Positions 52,601 through 62,227 of a stretch of DNA of 64,000 bases are shown here, piece by piece. The DNA is from Antedon mediterranea. Lineage: Eukaryota; Animalia; Echinodermata. How positions within the stretch are numbered: position 1 is the first letter of the stretch; each line of letters starts with the position of its first letter. The translations under genes were made by a program, and so were the position numbers. The stretch covers positions 40,620,304 through 40,684,303 of the forward strand of contig NC_092671.1 in assembly GCF_964355755.1 (NCBI RefSeq), written 5' to 3'. The notes under the pieces are model-generated. The model did not search any database and was not told where the DNA came from. It saw only the letters and a program-made list of their open reading frames with translations.

Positions 52601-53965
52601 CACTCTATCGCCGTTAGTGTCACCGCTGGGTCTGCTCCACACTCGGTGTCTCCTTTTCCTGGTGGCGAGAGCCACTAGGGATAATAAGGGGGCATTTGTG
52701 GAGCTGTGCCAGAGGTATGGTAGGCCTACCTCGGCGGAGCCCAGACGCCGTCGATTTCCCAAGCCAGCTGGACCACTACGTCAACGGACCGGACCATCAT
52801 CACGCCAAGCACGGTGGCAACCGAACGTGGAAAACAACATCCATTCACCCACGCCACTGTTATGCCAGTTAAGGCGGGCCGACAGAGTTGCTCTGCGGTC
52901 GGCATTCAATGCCAATCGGGAGGTGGTGGAGCGTTTGGCTCAGCCGGGAAGTGGCCAGCTGAGGGCAGCGGCGGTTAGGATGTTGGAGGGATTCTTGGAA
53001 AACCTCCACTTCCACGCCCAGTTTGCCTATGAATAGGTTAAAAAAAAAAAAAACAAAAAAAAAATCCAAGACCAAATTAATGAAAATTTATTTAAAGTAA
53101 TTTTAAAATTAATTCCAATTAGTTCATTTTTTTAAACAAAATTCTTATCGGGTTCTTGGTAGTTTCTTTTTCTGGAATTCTATGTATGTATGTTGTGTTA
53201 TTGTTGTGTTTAAAAAAAAGAAAAAAAAAAGAAGAAAAATGAAGTGGAAGAAAAGAAAGAAAGAGCAAGTACGTGTGTAGAAGAACAAGAGGGAAGACAA
53301 AAGAAATAAAACAAGGAGGAATGTAGTGCCGCTACACAGATGCTTAAGCGGAGCGCGTCGCTCTAAACACCTGGACGCGCTCCGCCGTGTGTATCTTGGA
53401 ACGTCAAGTACGTTAGGGACACTTGAGAAGTCGACGACGGAAACTAAACCTATATTATTACTACTCACTTATTATTATCATACAAAGACTATTACAATGG
53501 TGAGTATTTTACGTTGTAGTCTTTTATCGTAGTTAAGGAACTAAACCAAGAGACTAGCAATCTCTTTAGTAGACCGCCATATTGTTCGTTTGACTTGAGT
53601 TGTTATTAAAGTTAGTTATAGCACATCTTTGTGTATAGTTTTATTATTGTGGTATTGACGAAGCAACATACCCAAACACATGTGATGTGTTTTATAATAC
53701 TAATAGGCCCTAGTTTCACTCTTTTTTGTTCACTCTATAGATACAGTAGCCTACAACAACAGATAAGCCTTGGCTAGGCTAGCCCCCAGGCTAGCCTAGT
53801 AGGGCCTAGCCTTAGCTAGGCCTAGGCCTATCGTATCGAAAGGAAGGAGGTGACAATTATTACCGTAATCATATCTGGATTTCTGTCGGTGAATTTTCCT
53901 CCATTACTGCCAATTGCAGCTGCAGTTGTTCCTCTTGATTGTGCGCTATAACGTTCCCTTTCCAT
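25611..53965 (-). CDS. EFHB: EF-hand domain family member B (CFAP21), 566 aa; exons 53965-53864, 36198-36139, 35810-35667, 28902-28722, 28368-28128, 27878-27572, 27362-27047, 26725-26544, 25778-25611
   Basis: Nine GT-AG exons, phases consistent, 1701 nt; EFHB-type motifs RVFYGKAND, RAPLGKSHDQ, VSKRVDDFRE, YLRGKERQR, EF hands DKNGDGRIDINE and DANNDGTIDYNE, FANFLNWKDKM, YGVPTIRSDL. Confidence 0.92.
27901..28058. mobile_element. MITE family A copy in an EFHB intron
   Basis: AGCTCTATCTACACTGTCAAA...TTTGATAGTGTAGACAAAGCT with TTA on both sides. Confidence 0.8.
29006..29046 (-). other. Degenerate minimal hammerhead-ribozyme motif (Penelope-like remnant)
   Basis: Minus strand CTGATGA-TGAT-GATC-AAAA-GATC-GAAACGTTG: core boxes, stem II GATC/GATC and palindromic AACGTT stem III. 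Confidence 0.5.
29166..31068. repeat. 40-bp minisatellite, ~48 copies, with interspersed 35-bp deletion variants
   Basis: Unit TACAGTAATGCTAACACTATGGTTAGTATCAACCTGTATG. Confidence 0.97.
31552..33447. repeat. 46-bp minisatellite, ~41 copies
   Basis: Unit GTTACATGTCAAGTAGTTGTAAAGTGTGCTACATAAAATAAAACCA; period 31552 to 31598. Confidence 0.97.
34085..35345. repeat. 38-bp minisatellite, ~33 copies
   Basis: Unit TAATACCTTTGCTTACTAATCTAACTGTATAGTATACT. Confidence 0.97.
36675..36728 (-). CDS. Candidate alternative first coding exon of EFHB (MSMFQPNLREHTRCPKLQ)
   Basis: ATG, 18 open codons, consensus donor CAG|GTAAGT in phase 0, matching the phase-0 exon at 36198. Confidence 0.4.
36801..36818 (+). 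other. Orphan tRNA-Phe primer-binding-site-like 18-mer
   Basis: TGGTGCCGAAACCCGGGA is the complement of the metazoan tRNA-Phe 3' end TCCCGGGTTTCGGCA-CCA. Confidence 0.7.
38380..38770. repeat. 21-bp two-variant tandem repeat
   Basis: GAAATTGTGCTACCTCTTTGA alternating with GAAATTGTGCTAACCATTCGG; explains the overlapping periodic ORFs. Confidence 0.9.
38915..39640 (+). mobile_element. Helentron/DINE-1-like (HINE) non-autonomous element
   Basis: Duplicated core AGTTCACTATGTCGGTCGGTCTGTC..GGTCCGGTATCACTATGCA (38931, 39544), GTCT/GTCG microsatellite, T-rich ends. Confidence 0.55.
41155..42440 (+). mobile_element. Non-autonomous Helitron, 3'-truncated copy
   Basis: A|TCTATATATA 5' end; reverse complement of 62243-63541; stops inside the terminal hairpin (GAGCGAGCGAAGC). 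Confidence 0.8.
42441..42890 (+). mobile_element. Degraded CR1/L2-group LINE reverse-transcriptase remnant
   Basis: Frameshifted fragments DFRPVSNLHTLGKII, STETAL, FDTIDHDILISRM, GVFLDFSK. Confidence 0.65.
42890..42990 (+). mobile_element. 5' end of a Helentron/HINE-like repeat
   Basis: TTTACCTCCGCCAAGGAGGT hairpin followed by a GTCT/GTTT microsatellite and GTTAGCAGAATTACTCAAAAA. Confidence 0.5.
43741..44345 (-). mobile_element. 5'-truncated CR1-group LINE (RT C-terminus plus microsatellite tail)
   Basis: ORF 43790-44377: YKAYIRPHMEYCIQSWSP, LEKVQRRATK, RRLRGDLIEAFKILKG, TRGHSLKL, WNSLP; 3' tail (TAAGTG)n at 43741-43767. Confidence 0.9.
44922..48944 (+). CDS. Gag-Pol polyprotein, 1340 aa (CA, two Cys-His knuckles, PR, RT, RNase H, IN)
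   Basis: CNYCGKVH..HC and CNTCRKRGHFSTVC, protease LPDSGS, RT DALKGYHQI..IVDD, RNase H TDAC..ELE..TDH, integrase HHAH..CKFC, D-D-E (ADF, CDGGPQF, NGKAE). Confidence 0.96.
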   Translation: MALRAIKVQPPKLDLASDRLSEFRVWKTQWEAYIAVTELDQQPNQAQVNVLSLSLSVDTMKILMNLGLTQAQLKSPTDIITALETHIQGQLNESVERKKFRSRVQKPGEEFDDYLVSLRDLVRECNFCNDQCAKNAIRDQIIEGLSDNTIVEKLLAIDKLDLTKTISTVRALEAAKRQRDEINPQQLSLDQTSTTAAVRKSNNMRKHHSKKPEKQHINKQQGKQQPSSSNNDKCNYCGKVHQRGRQHCPAADATCNTCRKRGHFSTVCRSKPQNGAIRINTCSQYDQFTHAPRTTVMITHREHAVDALALPDSGSDICLAPTSLLEQINDHVENLIPCKIRPETVEGSRIQIAGKLPLIVSTDERCVSVTIYFSDDIDDIILSWNASKQLGFLSPAYPEPLCHANVASVTNISPIAAPRFNLTNLSKEFPEVFDGIIRSMPGEKFTIKIADDAKQFCVSTPRKIPYAYNDKLKAELETLERQGIIVKTTEHSNWCAPIVIAPKKDTEKIRMCVDLSQLNKSVKREYYPHTTPQEAVADIAASDAQFFTVIDALKGYHQIPLEKQSQSYTTFITPFGRYKYLRAPYGITSISDHYNRRMDEALQGLTNHRRIVDDVVIFSKTRQEHQKVVTEYLKRCQQHHIALSTDKVQLCKTTVAFAGFTLSRNGYSIGPKTMEAISKFPKPSSRSDLRVFSGLVNQLASSTSKIAELMTPLRPLLSEKNEFMWNAVHDQAFDNVKNELSIAPTMAFFDLKKPTRLTTDACRHGIGYILSQRHDGDEWKTVQAGSRYLTDAESRYAVIELEMLAVAWAAQKCYMFLDGLHHFQIVTDHHPLIPILNTHRLDEIVNVRLQRLKTRMSRYNFTAQWVKGKDNYAADALSRYPHANPSSTDELAEQLAFNGQESSPIPTLAAIRAATDSVDADNARLLEILKAANDDNEYQTLKQMVSTDDFPATKTSMPDNLKKYWCIRAELSVEQDLLVYGCRLFVPEALRPIMLDKLHHAHPGIRRAQDRARMILYWPNIDRDIENMTSNCKFCQDNLPVNPREPLIQKPQPTRPFQQLAADFAFVNGRNYLIVVDCLTDWPIIEDMGKNTTTAATTEKLRDIFCNVGVPEVFWCDGGPQFTSNGFKQFANNWQFTIKYSSPYHQQSNGKAEATVKSMKKLIRSSSSNHTLPDKEQLAKALLHYRNIPCRKDGLSPAIKLFGRPIQDTLPTHHRAFNADFQKDIKEAQIILEKGKVKEKQYFDLHTKELSDLKLHNHVAVYNHLDKLFNIYGTIIDIKPNRRYFIKTSGGRVLVRNRRFIRKRTPQSIGFVPVDLPKRHRYMRSTIKAPARLIEDPKWP
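51030..51620 (+). pseudogene. Decayed gag remnant of the nested element
   Basis: R/D/G-rich region with stops and frameshifts, then DWYIFWDRFEGYARISGWNLAEKKEAFHLGKKGKAAMYY from 51491, typical of a Gypsy capsid N-terminus. Confidence 0.7.
51807..53036 (+). CDS. Accessory ORF of the nested LTR element, 409 aa, unknown function, C2H2-like motif
   Basis: GC-rich uninterrupted ORF; acceptor TTTTACAG directly before the ATG at 51807; acidic/Pro-rich then basic N-half; CPVAGC-x9-HLAHH; helical C-half. Confidence 0.8.
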   Translation: MDNCTTSDRVTVEEELFLLQVEDFPPLGKPAAKRKSPPSPTGLEEDDVAMEVGDPDPPVVEGRETPEVLAGSPERPKSPSIFRKELLPAAPAVKVWRTPGSKESDFACRDVRLVGTATSAVPPSAGAVPKVKSQRKADKRSKDNKRPHPEGGQMESGKRSRRAFLCPVAGCGRVPENPKQHLAHHIPPFMTETSPEVSSTTSSRRWSFIQELVKLVPECGGSVTKAVALFNAEGRIQPGFFFTKSLRKMMESMGEAAGLEMPESNTLSPLVSPLGLLHTRCLLFLVARATRDNKGAFVELCQRYGRPTSAEPRRRRFPKPAGPLRQRTGPSSRQARWQPNVENNIHSPTPLLCQLRRADRVALRSAFNANREVVERLAQPGSGQLRAAAVRMLEGFLENLHFHAQFAYE

Positions 53966-54101
53966 TATGTTAATAACAACCTAAAATATTAAATTAAAAC
54001 AAAATGTTCCCACTCCTCTTTTACGGTCAGGGACGACGAGGCTGTCGTGCGTTATGTTGATTGGATTCCTTCTCAGATTTCCTTTTTGTTTGTAGGAGGT
54101 C

Positions 54102-54114
54102 GTTGCTAAGCAGC
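54102..54114. promoter_or_regulatory. Candidate RFX X-box upstream of EFHB
   Basis: GTTGCTAAGCAGC ~140 bp upstream of the ATG of a ciliary gene; one mismatch to GTTGCT-N-AGCAAC. Confidence 0.45.
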
Positions 54115-54706
54115 GAGGGATATTTCTGAGCAGACTATTTTTATATCATTGTATTTTTACTGCTATATTTTATGTACACTAATAATAGATATTTTATACT
54201 CTATTATATTAAAAATAACATTATATTAAATAATATTTAATACATAATTTTTGGATGCAAACAGTTTTTAATATAGTTAATTTAATATACCTAATATAAA
54301 CAAACTCTTGTTTAAAAGGTTAAGCAATGCGTATGACGCGCCTTTTGAGAAATAAGACAAAATGACTTGTGTTCTTGGTTGCCGGCCCTGATATAGAACA
54401 TAATGTACTGTAAATTGTTAAAATTGTATGGTTAATTAGAAATAAAGAAAACTAAAGAAAATTTATTTATTTTATTCATTTGACCAAACATTAAATATTA
54501 TATTAATTTATTAACACCGCACTTTTTTTAATCAGTGGCACACTTCAACAAAAGCTAGCTAGCTTGAGGGGCAAAGGGAAAAATTCAATTATATCCAAAT
54601 TACAGAAATTATAATGTTGAGGAGCAGCCCTTAGGAAAGGTGGCCCTTTTTTCAAATAGGAATGACAGGCATAGAATTAATAAACCGCTCGGTGATCACT
54701 AAAAGG

Positions 54707-54984
54707 CGCCCGAATCAAGATTCAAACTATAGGAACCTTCTGCAGCCTATCTAACCATTATACCACTGGGACTTTGGCCTTCATTGTGTATTGTGCAAAT
54801 TCGATACTTCCCGGCGGAAAAACGAGCCATATATGGCTCTGATCTCTGTTGCGCGTGGGTACAATTGACATGCACTTTCCCGCAAGGAATTGAATGCGCA
54901 CATTTGATCACTGTCAGTCCCAGTGGTCTAATTGTTAGGACGTCTGCAGAAGGTCCGGGTTCGAATCTCGGTTGTTGTGGTGCG
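54707..54984. other. Divergent inverted pair of tRNA-like (Pol III A/B box) cassettes
   Basis: Minus 54773-54707 and plus 54916-54984 both read AGTCCCAGTGGT.TAAT.GTTAG...CTGCAGAAGGT.C...GTT.GAATCT.G; no proper anticodon arm. Confidence 0.55.
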
Positions 54985-56698
54985 TTTTCAAACCGAAACA
55001 TAAAACCTTCATTAGCCTAGGATATGTTATGCTATGCTATGTTAAATCATGGATTAAATATAATAATTACTTAATGCTGGTATTGATAAACAGAAAGTGT
55101 CGGTAATAAGAAAAATTGAATTAAATTGCTAAACAAAATCAAACTCGATTAGGCCTATTCTGACCCAACAGACCCCGAATTTTAATAAATTCTAATAGTA
55201 TCGGCAATATAGTAAATAAAAAGGAATTGAATTTCCAACAAATCAAACTCGATTAGGCCTATTCTGACCCATCCCGACTCATAATTTCCATAACACATAC
55301 TGTGGGGACCGAGTTCTGTTGCGCATCCCATAGACACACCGAGATGACGTGACCCAAACCAATTATGGTCATGTTGGCGTTCCATAACTTTTGACGTAAT
55401 ACTTCGGGAGTTTTTAGACACAGCAAAACTGCGATAATAATATTTATGTTTTTGGTAAGTATTTGTTGAAAAATTGGCGACAAATATTCATTTTATATTT
55501 TGAAAACCCCATTCTAAGAAAAATATAAGTCTTTCTTTTTTATTTGGAATGAAAAATTATGACTGGAATAATTGGTATAGTTGTCATATTTCTATTTTTG
55601 TTGAATGGTTTTTCTATTTTTTAAGCCAGTTTTCAGGTCACGAGAGATACTTGGGGTGGTGTTTTTCATGTTCTTGAAAATAAAATTCACAATTGTGGGT
55701 ATATTCGCGAGATAGACATAACCAGTTGTATAAGTTTTTGCTATGGAAATATTTAATGACCGTAAGACTACTTAAGTAGTTGTTCTTTTCTTTTAGTTAA
55801 TTATTAAACAGCTTTTTAGGCTAGTTTTGTATGCGTCATGCCGATCCAACATGGCGTATGTCAACAGAAGCATTACAGTGCGTACGTGTGTGAGCAGGAT
55901 CGGAGCTGCGAGCCTGATTTTTTAAACAATTTCAATGAGGAAGCGCCCAGCTAGGTCGTGATTTACCATCTTGCATGCTTCATGTGGGTTGCGTGGGGTA
56001 GAAATAAATAGTGATTATTTACTTGTTCTGTTATATGATTTGTTTTACAATTTATTTTTTTGTTTAAGTTTCCTTCCAACAGTTATTAATAAATATTTAT
56101 TAATTACTATACTATGGTATTTATTGCCAACATGTCACACCGTACCACCACCTCAACAATCTTAAATTTCATTAGACTTGGTTAATTGTTTAGTGTATTA
56201 AAAAGAACAGTACTCGGATTTTCCCTAGAAAACTGATCAAGAAATAAAAAAACCCTGTGTATTGTTTATATCGATCATTGTTGTCAAATTTATTAGATTC
56301 CAAATGAAAAATAGTAACTGTAAGGCAATTAAGCTAAACTTAAAATGAAAGTTTGATTTCAACCCATTCTTAATTATTTTTCAATCTTTACTGTTAATGT
56401 TGATGAACAGATTGTCCCAAAGCACTTAAAATTCATTCATTATTGCATCCCAATCTTTTTGTATATCAGTCCAAATACAGTGGGTTTTCATCCTTGATTT
56501 AAGAAATAATGCAGATTATAATTATCATGTTGATGAAGATGTACAGTATCGCCATTTACAGTTCATTCTTGTATTGTTTTATCTCCACAGAAATTTAAAA
56601 AGTGTAAAAACTAGTACCAGACTATCTTAAGATTAACGTGGGCATCAGTTGCCAACTTAAAACACTTCAAACAATACAACAATACTCTAACATAAATA

Positions 56699-59600
56699 AT
56701 GGCAAGCCGAGGCGGAGCACAGCGTCCAAATGGTACCCAGGGCAAGATATGTCAATTTAAACTTGTCCTTCTTGGTGAATCGGCTGTAGGTAAAAGTAGT
56801 CTTGTGTTGAGATTTGTAAAAGGGCAGTTTCATGAATATCAAGAATCTACAATTGGAGGTATGGTCTTGTGAATATCTATCTATAAATTAATATAAAATT
56901 AATGTCCATGTTCAATGATGTTAATTTTTCAGGCTGCTGCTTATCAAGTTCTCAGTTTCTAGCTTAAAAGTGAGCAACTTAGAGACACTCTATGCTACAT
57001 CTGTTTGTCTTAAGTGCTTTCTTTTCATTTCAAATTATATTGACAGATGACCTTTCACAATCTATTTGTTTGATATTTTCAAAGTATAATCCCCAAACTC
57101 AGGTCAGAAGAAAGTAACTGACCTAGATATTTTCACTGAAATTTTTTCTTAAAAAAATCAAACTTTCTTAGGATTCAACCCCTTCAAGTATGGGCATATT
57201 TGTTTAAATGATTGTAAAATATAATAATAAAAACTAGTAGGTAAATTAAAGGTACACTAAATGCATTTCTTCACAGTTAGTTATGAAAAAAAATTAACCA
57301 ATGGAAAGAATACCACATTGTGTGCACAGAAGCTTGTATGCTGTTAAATCATGCCAAGAAAAAAAACTATTTTATTTATAATTAGTGTCTTTCCTTTCAG
57401 TTCAGGGGAAATGTCTAGTAATCATGTAGTAAACTGAATGAACTTTTTTTTAAATTTGAACAATGTTACATGAAGTTTGAGGTAAAATAAACGTCTAAAC
57501 AACTTCCTGGTTTGTTTGCAGGGTCAAAGGTTGAATAATAAACATTTACAGAGAAGTATTGACTAAATGACTACTTGCTATGAATTGTTCATTTCATTGT
57601 TTAAAGACTTTGTAAAGGATGCTCTATTAAAAAATGCTTTGTATTATTTATTTCAAACATAAATAAGCATTTTTTTTCTAGATGTTACATATTTTTTAAT
57701 GTTTGATTCATATAATGTACATTAATTTTAAATTTTTTATATCTGTAAAATTGTAATAATTTCAGCCTTTGGCTGCCGGTATGATTTCTTTGATTGAATA
57801 AATAAACCTTGATTATATATAATAAACCTTGATTATAATATATATAATAAACCTTGATTATATATAATAAACTGCAGTTTTGAACAACATTTGTGGAGTA
57901 AAATCAATTTATAATCATTACTTTTGATGTTCACTTTGTTCCAGCTGCCTTCTTAACACAGACGGTTTGTCTAGATGACACAACTGTTAAGTTTGAAATC
58001 TGGGACACAGCAGGCCAAGAAAGGTATCATAGCCTAGCCCCTATGTACTACAGAGGTGCCCAGGCAGCTATCGTTGTTTATGACATTACAAATCAAGTAA
58101 GCTCATAAAATAGTGGTTTTTTGCCTTTTTTCACCAGAAAAACAAACTAGAGCTAGGGAGTAGTCTTGTTCAAGAGTAACAGCAGTGTATTTTTTGTAAG
58201 CTTCCCCCTTCCCAGCATTTTTAATTTTTATGTGTGTGGTTTAATAAATAAATAAACATACAGTAACTAAACACCATGGATAAGAAGATAACTAGTAGAC
58301 TGTGTAGATAAGAAGGGTCTAATTATTCTGCAGTGTCATTTTTGTATTAACTGAATGTGGTATAATAGTATACTGGTTGAAATCTCTCCTTCCGCAGGCC
58401 ATTAAACTTAAAATTAAAAATCATAAAAGATTATTGTTCTATGAAATGTTTGGGTATTAATTATTACTAAATAAATGAAAATTGTTTAGTACTGTACTGT
58501 ATGCTCTTTTATATTTGAGCATATAAACATTAAACACAGTAATACTACAGTAACTGTTAATGATATAATTATGGTTTCCTTTTTTCTACTGTATAATAAT
58601 TATTATACTGTATGATGATACTGTATGATGATACTGTATGATGGAATTAAGTTTCTCCAGCATAAGTGCATTCTACGTAAAAAAAAAAACTATCATGTCA
58701 CTTTGTGATTTCAGGATACTTTTGGAAGAGCAAAAACCTGGATAAAAGAACTTCAACGTCAAGCCAGCCCAAACATAGTCATAGCCCTTGCTGGAAACAA
58801 AGCAGATTTAGCTAATAAAAGAATGGTAGAATTTGATGTTAGTATATTTTCATTTATTTTGTGTCTGTGTATGAAAGTTGTAGTAATGAAAGAAGCATTA
58901 ATGATTTCCTTTTTTAAATTAATTTTTTCCCTTTTTTTTCCATAATTTATCAAAACAGGTTATTTCAGGTAAAAAGATGAACAATGCTACAAATAGCCAG
59001 AAGGCGGAAACATTTTATAATACAAAAGTTAAAATGCATAAACAAATATCAGATGTTTTTTTTTTCAAGTGAATTTTTTTCAGATATATTTTATTGTCCC
59101 AAAAAGACGAAGAATGCTACAAATAGCCAAAAGGCTGAAACCGTAACATTTGACAGTATAAAGGTTAAAATTCATAACAAAATATCATATGCATTATATA
59201 TGTATAAAATGTAAAGGCAATAAAATTACATTACAACATTACATGTTAATGTTTTAATGCAACAAATATTATTTGTTAATGTTGTTAGTTAATTTCTAAC
59301 AATATTAACAGATATTAAAGTTTGTTCTTGTGTAAATATTTGTTGATCTTCTCAGTTGATTGAAATGTAATTTTTTATAAATGTGTCTCATTTTATGTTG
59401 ATATGTACTAAATTTAATATGGCTGAAATAAATTGTGTACATAAAATATTATACAAATAATGAATGTGTAAGAGTGCAATGGTACAAATAATTGCATTAT
59501 TTACCTATACATAATGTCTGTTTTTTTGTTATCCATGTATAGGAAGCTCAAGCATATGCAGATGACAATAGCTTACTGTTTATGGAAACATCAGCTAAAA

Positions 59601-59972
59601 CAGCAATGAATGTCAATGATATTTTCTTGGCAATAGGTGAGATTATACATTTTTCAATCTTTTAATTTGAAAGCAGAATGTTTTGCTTTTCAACTTTTAA
59701 ATATACAGTTATTCATACTAAGCATTTCATGCTAAATTTCAAATTGAGGAAAATAAATATGGATGACTGTTTATTGAAACTGTTTTACTTGCTTCAACAC
59801 TATGTAGGTACTATTGTTTATTATACTAAAATCTACTTTTTTTTATTTAGCAAAAAAGCTTCCGAAGAACGAACCAGCTGGCGGTCAAGCCGGAGGCCAA
59901 AGACAAGGCGGCCCGGTGGTGATACCTGATGAGAGGGGGGGACAATCTTCAGGTTCATGTTGTGCTAAATGA
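56699..59972 (+). CDS. RAB5: Ras-related protein Rab5, 216 aa; exons 56699-56858, 57945-58096, 58715-58837, 59543-59636, 59851-59972
   Basis: [80 protein letters not shown]-terminal CCAK; GT-AG junctions in phase. Confidence 0.97.
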
Positions 59973-61652
59973 AAAGCCCAACTGTTTCATTCACAATTTA
60001 TTAACAATTAAGCTAGTCCGCAGGCACTCCAAACGGGAAATAATGTGTTATCAACCCTATAAAACAAAGCTAACATTTGTATCCACAAAGTAGTCTATTG
60101 ACTAGTTTAAACATCCCCCCCCCCCCCCAACCCACAACCCCAATCCAACTTTTATTTTTATACCCCTATGTTTTTCTTTCTCTTTTTCATCTTTCCTACA
60201 ATGTGTTTTTATGTCACCTTGTGTCTGGTATCTGTCCTCCTTTTTTGTGTATTTCAATATGATACATATTTGATTCTTGTTTTTAAAGCACTTCAATATC
60301 ACAGTGTTAATTGATGGTGTAGTAATCCTGGTTATCACAACATAACTACTGTATTTGTACTATAAGTTTATATAGGTGGGTGGGAGTAGTTAAAAGACAA
60401 TAATCAACTCATCAGACATAATCAAATATTATTATTTCTGTATTAATCCTTATGTTAAATTGTAAAAGAATGTTTGTAGTGATACTATAAATAGAACATT
60501 ATCAATGGTAGGTAGGCATGTTGTACATTATTGACTGTAAGTGGGTGGTTTTTGTCATTTAATGTTCAGTTGACAACCACAATGTGAATTATGATATTTT
60601 TGCACAGGCAAATTACTATTTAATTTTTTATTTCAAAAATCAGCGGACAATTGTTTTTTTTTGTAATTTCCCATTTAAACTCTGAAGCATATTATATAAA
60701 TATTTCTTATTAATAATACAAAATAATTTGGTGGGATAAAGTGGTGTGTAATAATATTGATTTGCTTAATTGAGATTTCCTTTGTATTCTTGTGACCATA
60801 CATTGATGTTTGCTCCTTTTTGAAAAAAAATCAAAGTATGTACGTAAAAGGTTTGTTAAAGCTACCGTATACTACTGCAGTAATATTTATTATACTCTTA
60901 AGTCTTTTTTTTTCATAAGCTTTTAGATGTTGCCGATTAAATATATTTTAAGTAAGTCATGGATAATTATGTAAATGTCATCTAATGATTTTGTAAGGAA
61001 ACATTAAATGCTAAATAAGTTGAGCAAACAATAAATGAAATGTGATTTGTTTTGGACTTGCAGATTAAACAATTTTCTTAAGTTTAACCTAATGTGACCC
61101 TTCAATGTGTTTATGCAGATTTTTGGAAGGTGGTTTAATAATCAATGATGTAATAAAGAACAGTATATATGCTAGTACACAGGTATATAAATATATATAA
61201 ATATAAAATGTATTTGTTAATTTTTATCACAATTAGCCTAGCATTTAATTAAGTTTTTGTATGAGGGAACTGGTTATAGTTTTAGATTTTGGTCTCACAA
61301 AAATAATTAGTTAAAAATAACAAAATAAAAAATTGCAAAATATTTAAATCAAAATATGACAGACTATTTGAAATGTATTCACTAATTACTCAAAACTTGT
61401 GGATTAATCAAAAGTTAAGAACAGTTATGAGTATGTTTTAGTGGATGATATTTGTAAAGTACCGTATAACATTTCCAAGAATGCATGTTGCATGTGCTGT
61501 TGTAACAGAAATTATGTCTGCTTTTGAACCAATGTTGTACACCCCAGTAACTGCAGTAATGAGGTTTTTTAAAAGTTAACTGCAACATAATATTTACTAT
61601 TTGCTGTTAATATCAGTTAATAATGTTCGTTATCTCTGTAAAGAAATAGAAA

Positions 61653-61811
61653 TGCTTGGTTCCCACTAGAGACGCAACACAACGATGTAACGCAACGTTA
61701 AAGATTTGACCAATCACAAGGTATGGATTTATTCGACTGTCGCTTGTCATTGGTCAACTCGTTTGCGTTGCGTCTACGTCGTTGCGTTGCGTCTCTAGTG
61801 GGAACCAAGCT
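61653..61811. mobile_element. MITE family B copy
   Basis: GCTTGGTTCCCACTAGAGACGCAAC...GTTGCGTCTCTAGTGGGAACCAAGC. Confidence 0.8.
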
Positions 61812-61873
61812 TTAGAGGTGAACCAACATCATAAGATTCAAAAGCAGTTCAATAATTGCGTGACAAAGCTTCA

Positions 61874-61908
<35 letters not shown>

Positions 61909-62227
61909 GTGCTGTTTACTAACCTTGTACATACTCCATGGGTAGCTCATGTATATGTTTATTTCCAATTTGTTGTGGCCATGTTGATAATACCAATGAT
62001 GTAATCAGTGTATGTGCTTGTAGGCAGACGGATTTAAGTATGTACTCTTATACTGTATATTATATAACAGATCAAATTTGTACAAGAAAAAAAATAGATT
62101 GTGAAGTTTAAGTTGCTACATCTCATCTATTATATTCTATGAATGGACTTGTAGAAAACATTGATATTAAATTGTACCACAAATCCAAACATGGTCTTCG
62201 TATATTTTGTGTCTTAATTTGTAGTCA

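Larger units (their letters stand above)
49037..53568 (+). mobile_element. Nested non-autonomous LTR retroelement (no pol, decayed gag, one intact accessory ORF)
   Basis: 247-bp LTRs 49037-49283 and 53322-53568, identical by eye, TG..TA ends; 4-bp TSD GTAG; PBS TGGCGACGAGGAT (tRNA-Ser GCT) at 49285; PPT AAGGAGGAA 53313-53321. Confidence 0.93.
44744..53678 (+). mobile_element. Ty3/Gypsy LTR retrotransposon (Mag-like), full length, 3' LTR split by a nested element
   Basis: 5' LTR 44744-44922 (TG..CA); 3' LTR 48967-49036 plus 53573-53678; 5-bp TSD CATGT (44739-44743, 53679-53683); PBS TGGCGCTGCGAGC (tRNA-Ser-like); PPT AAGGGGAGG 48958-48966. Confidence 0.95.
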
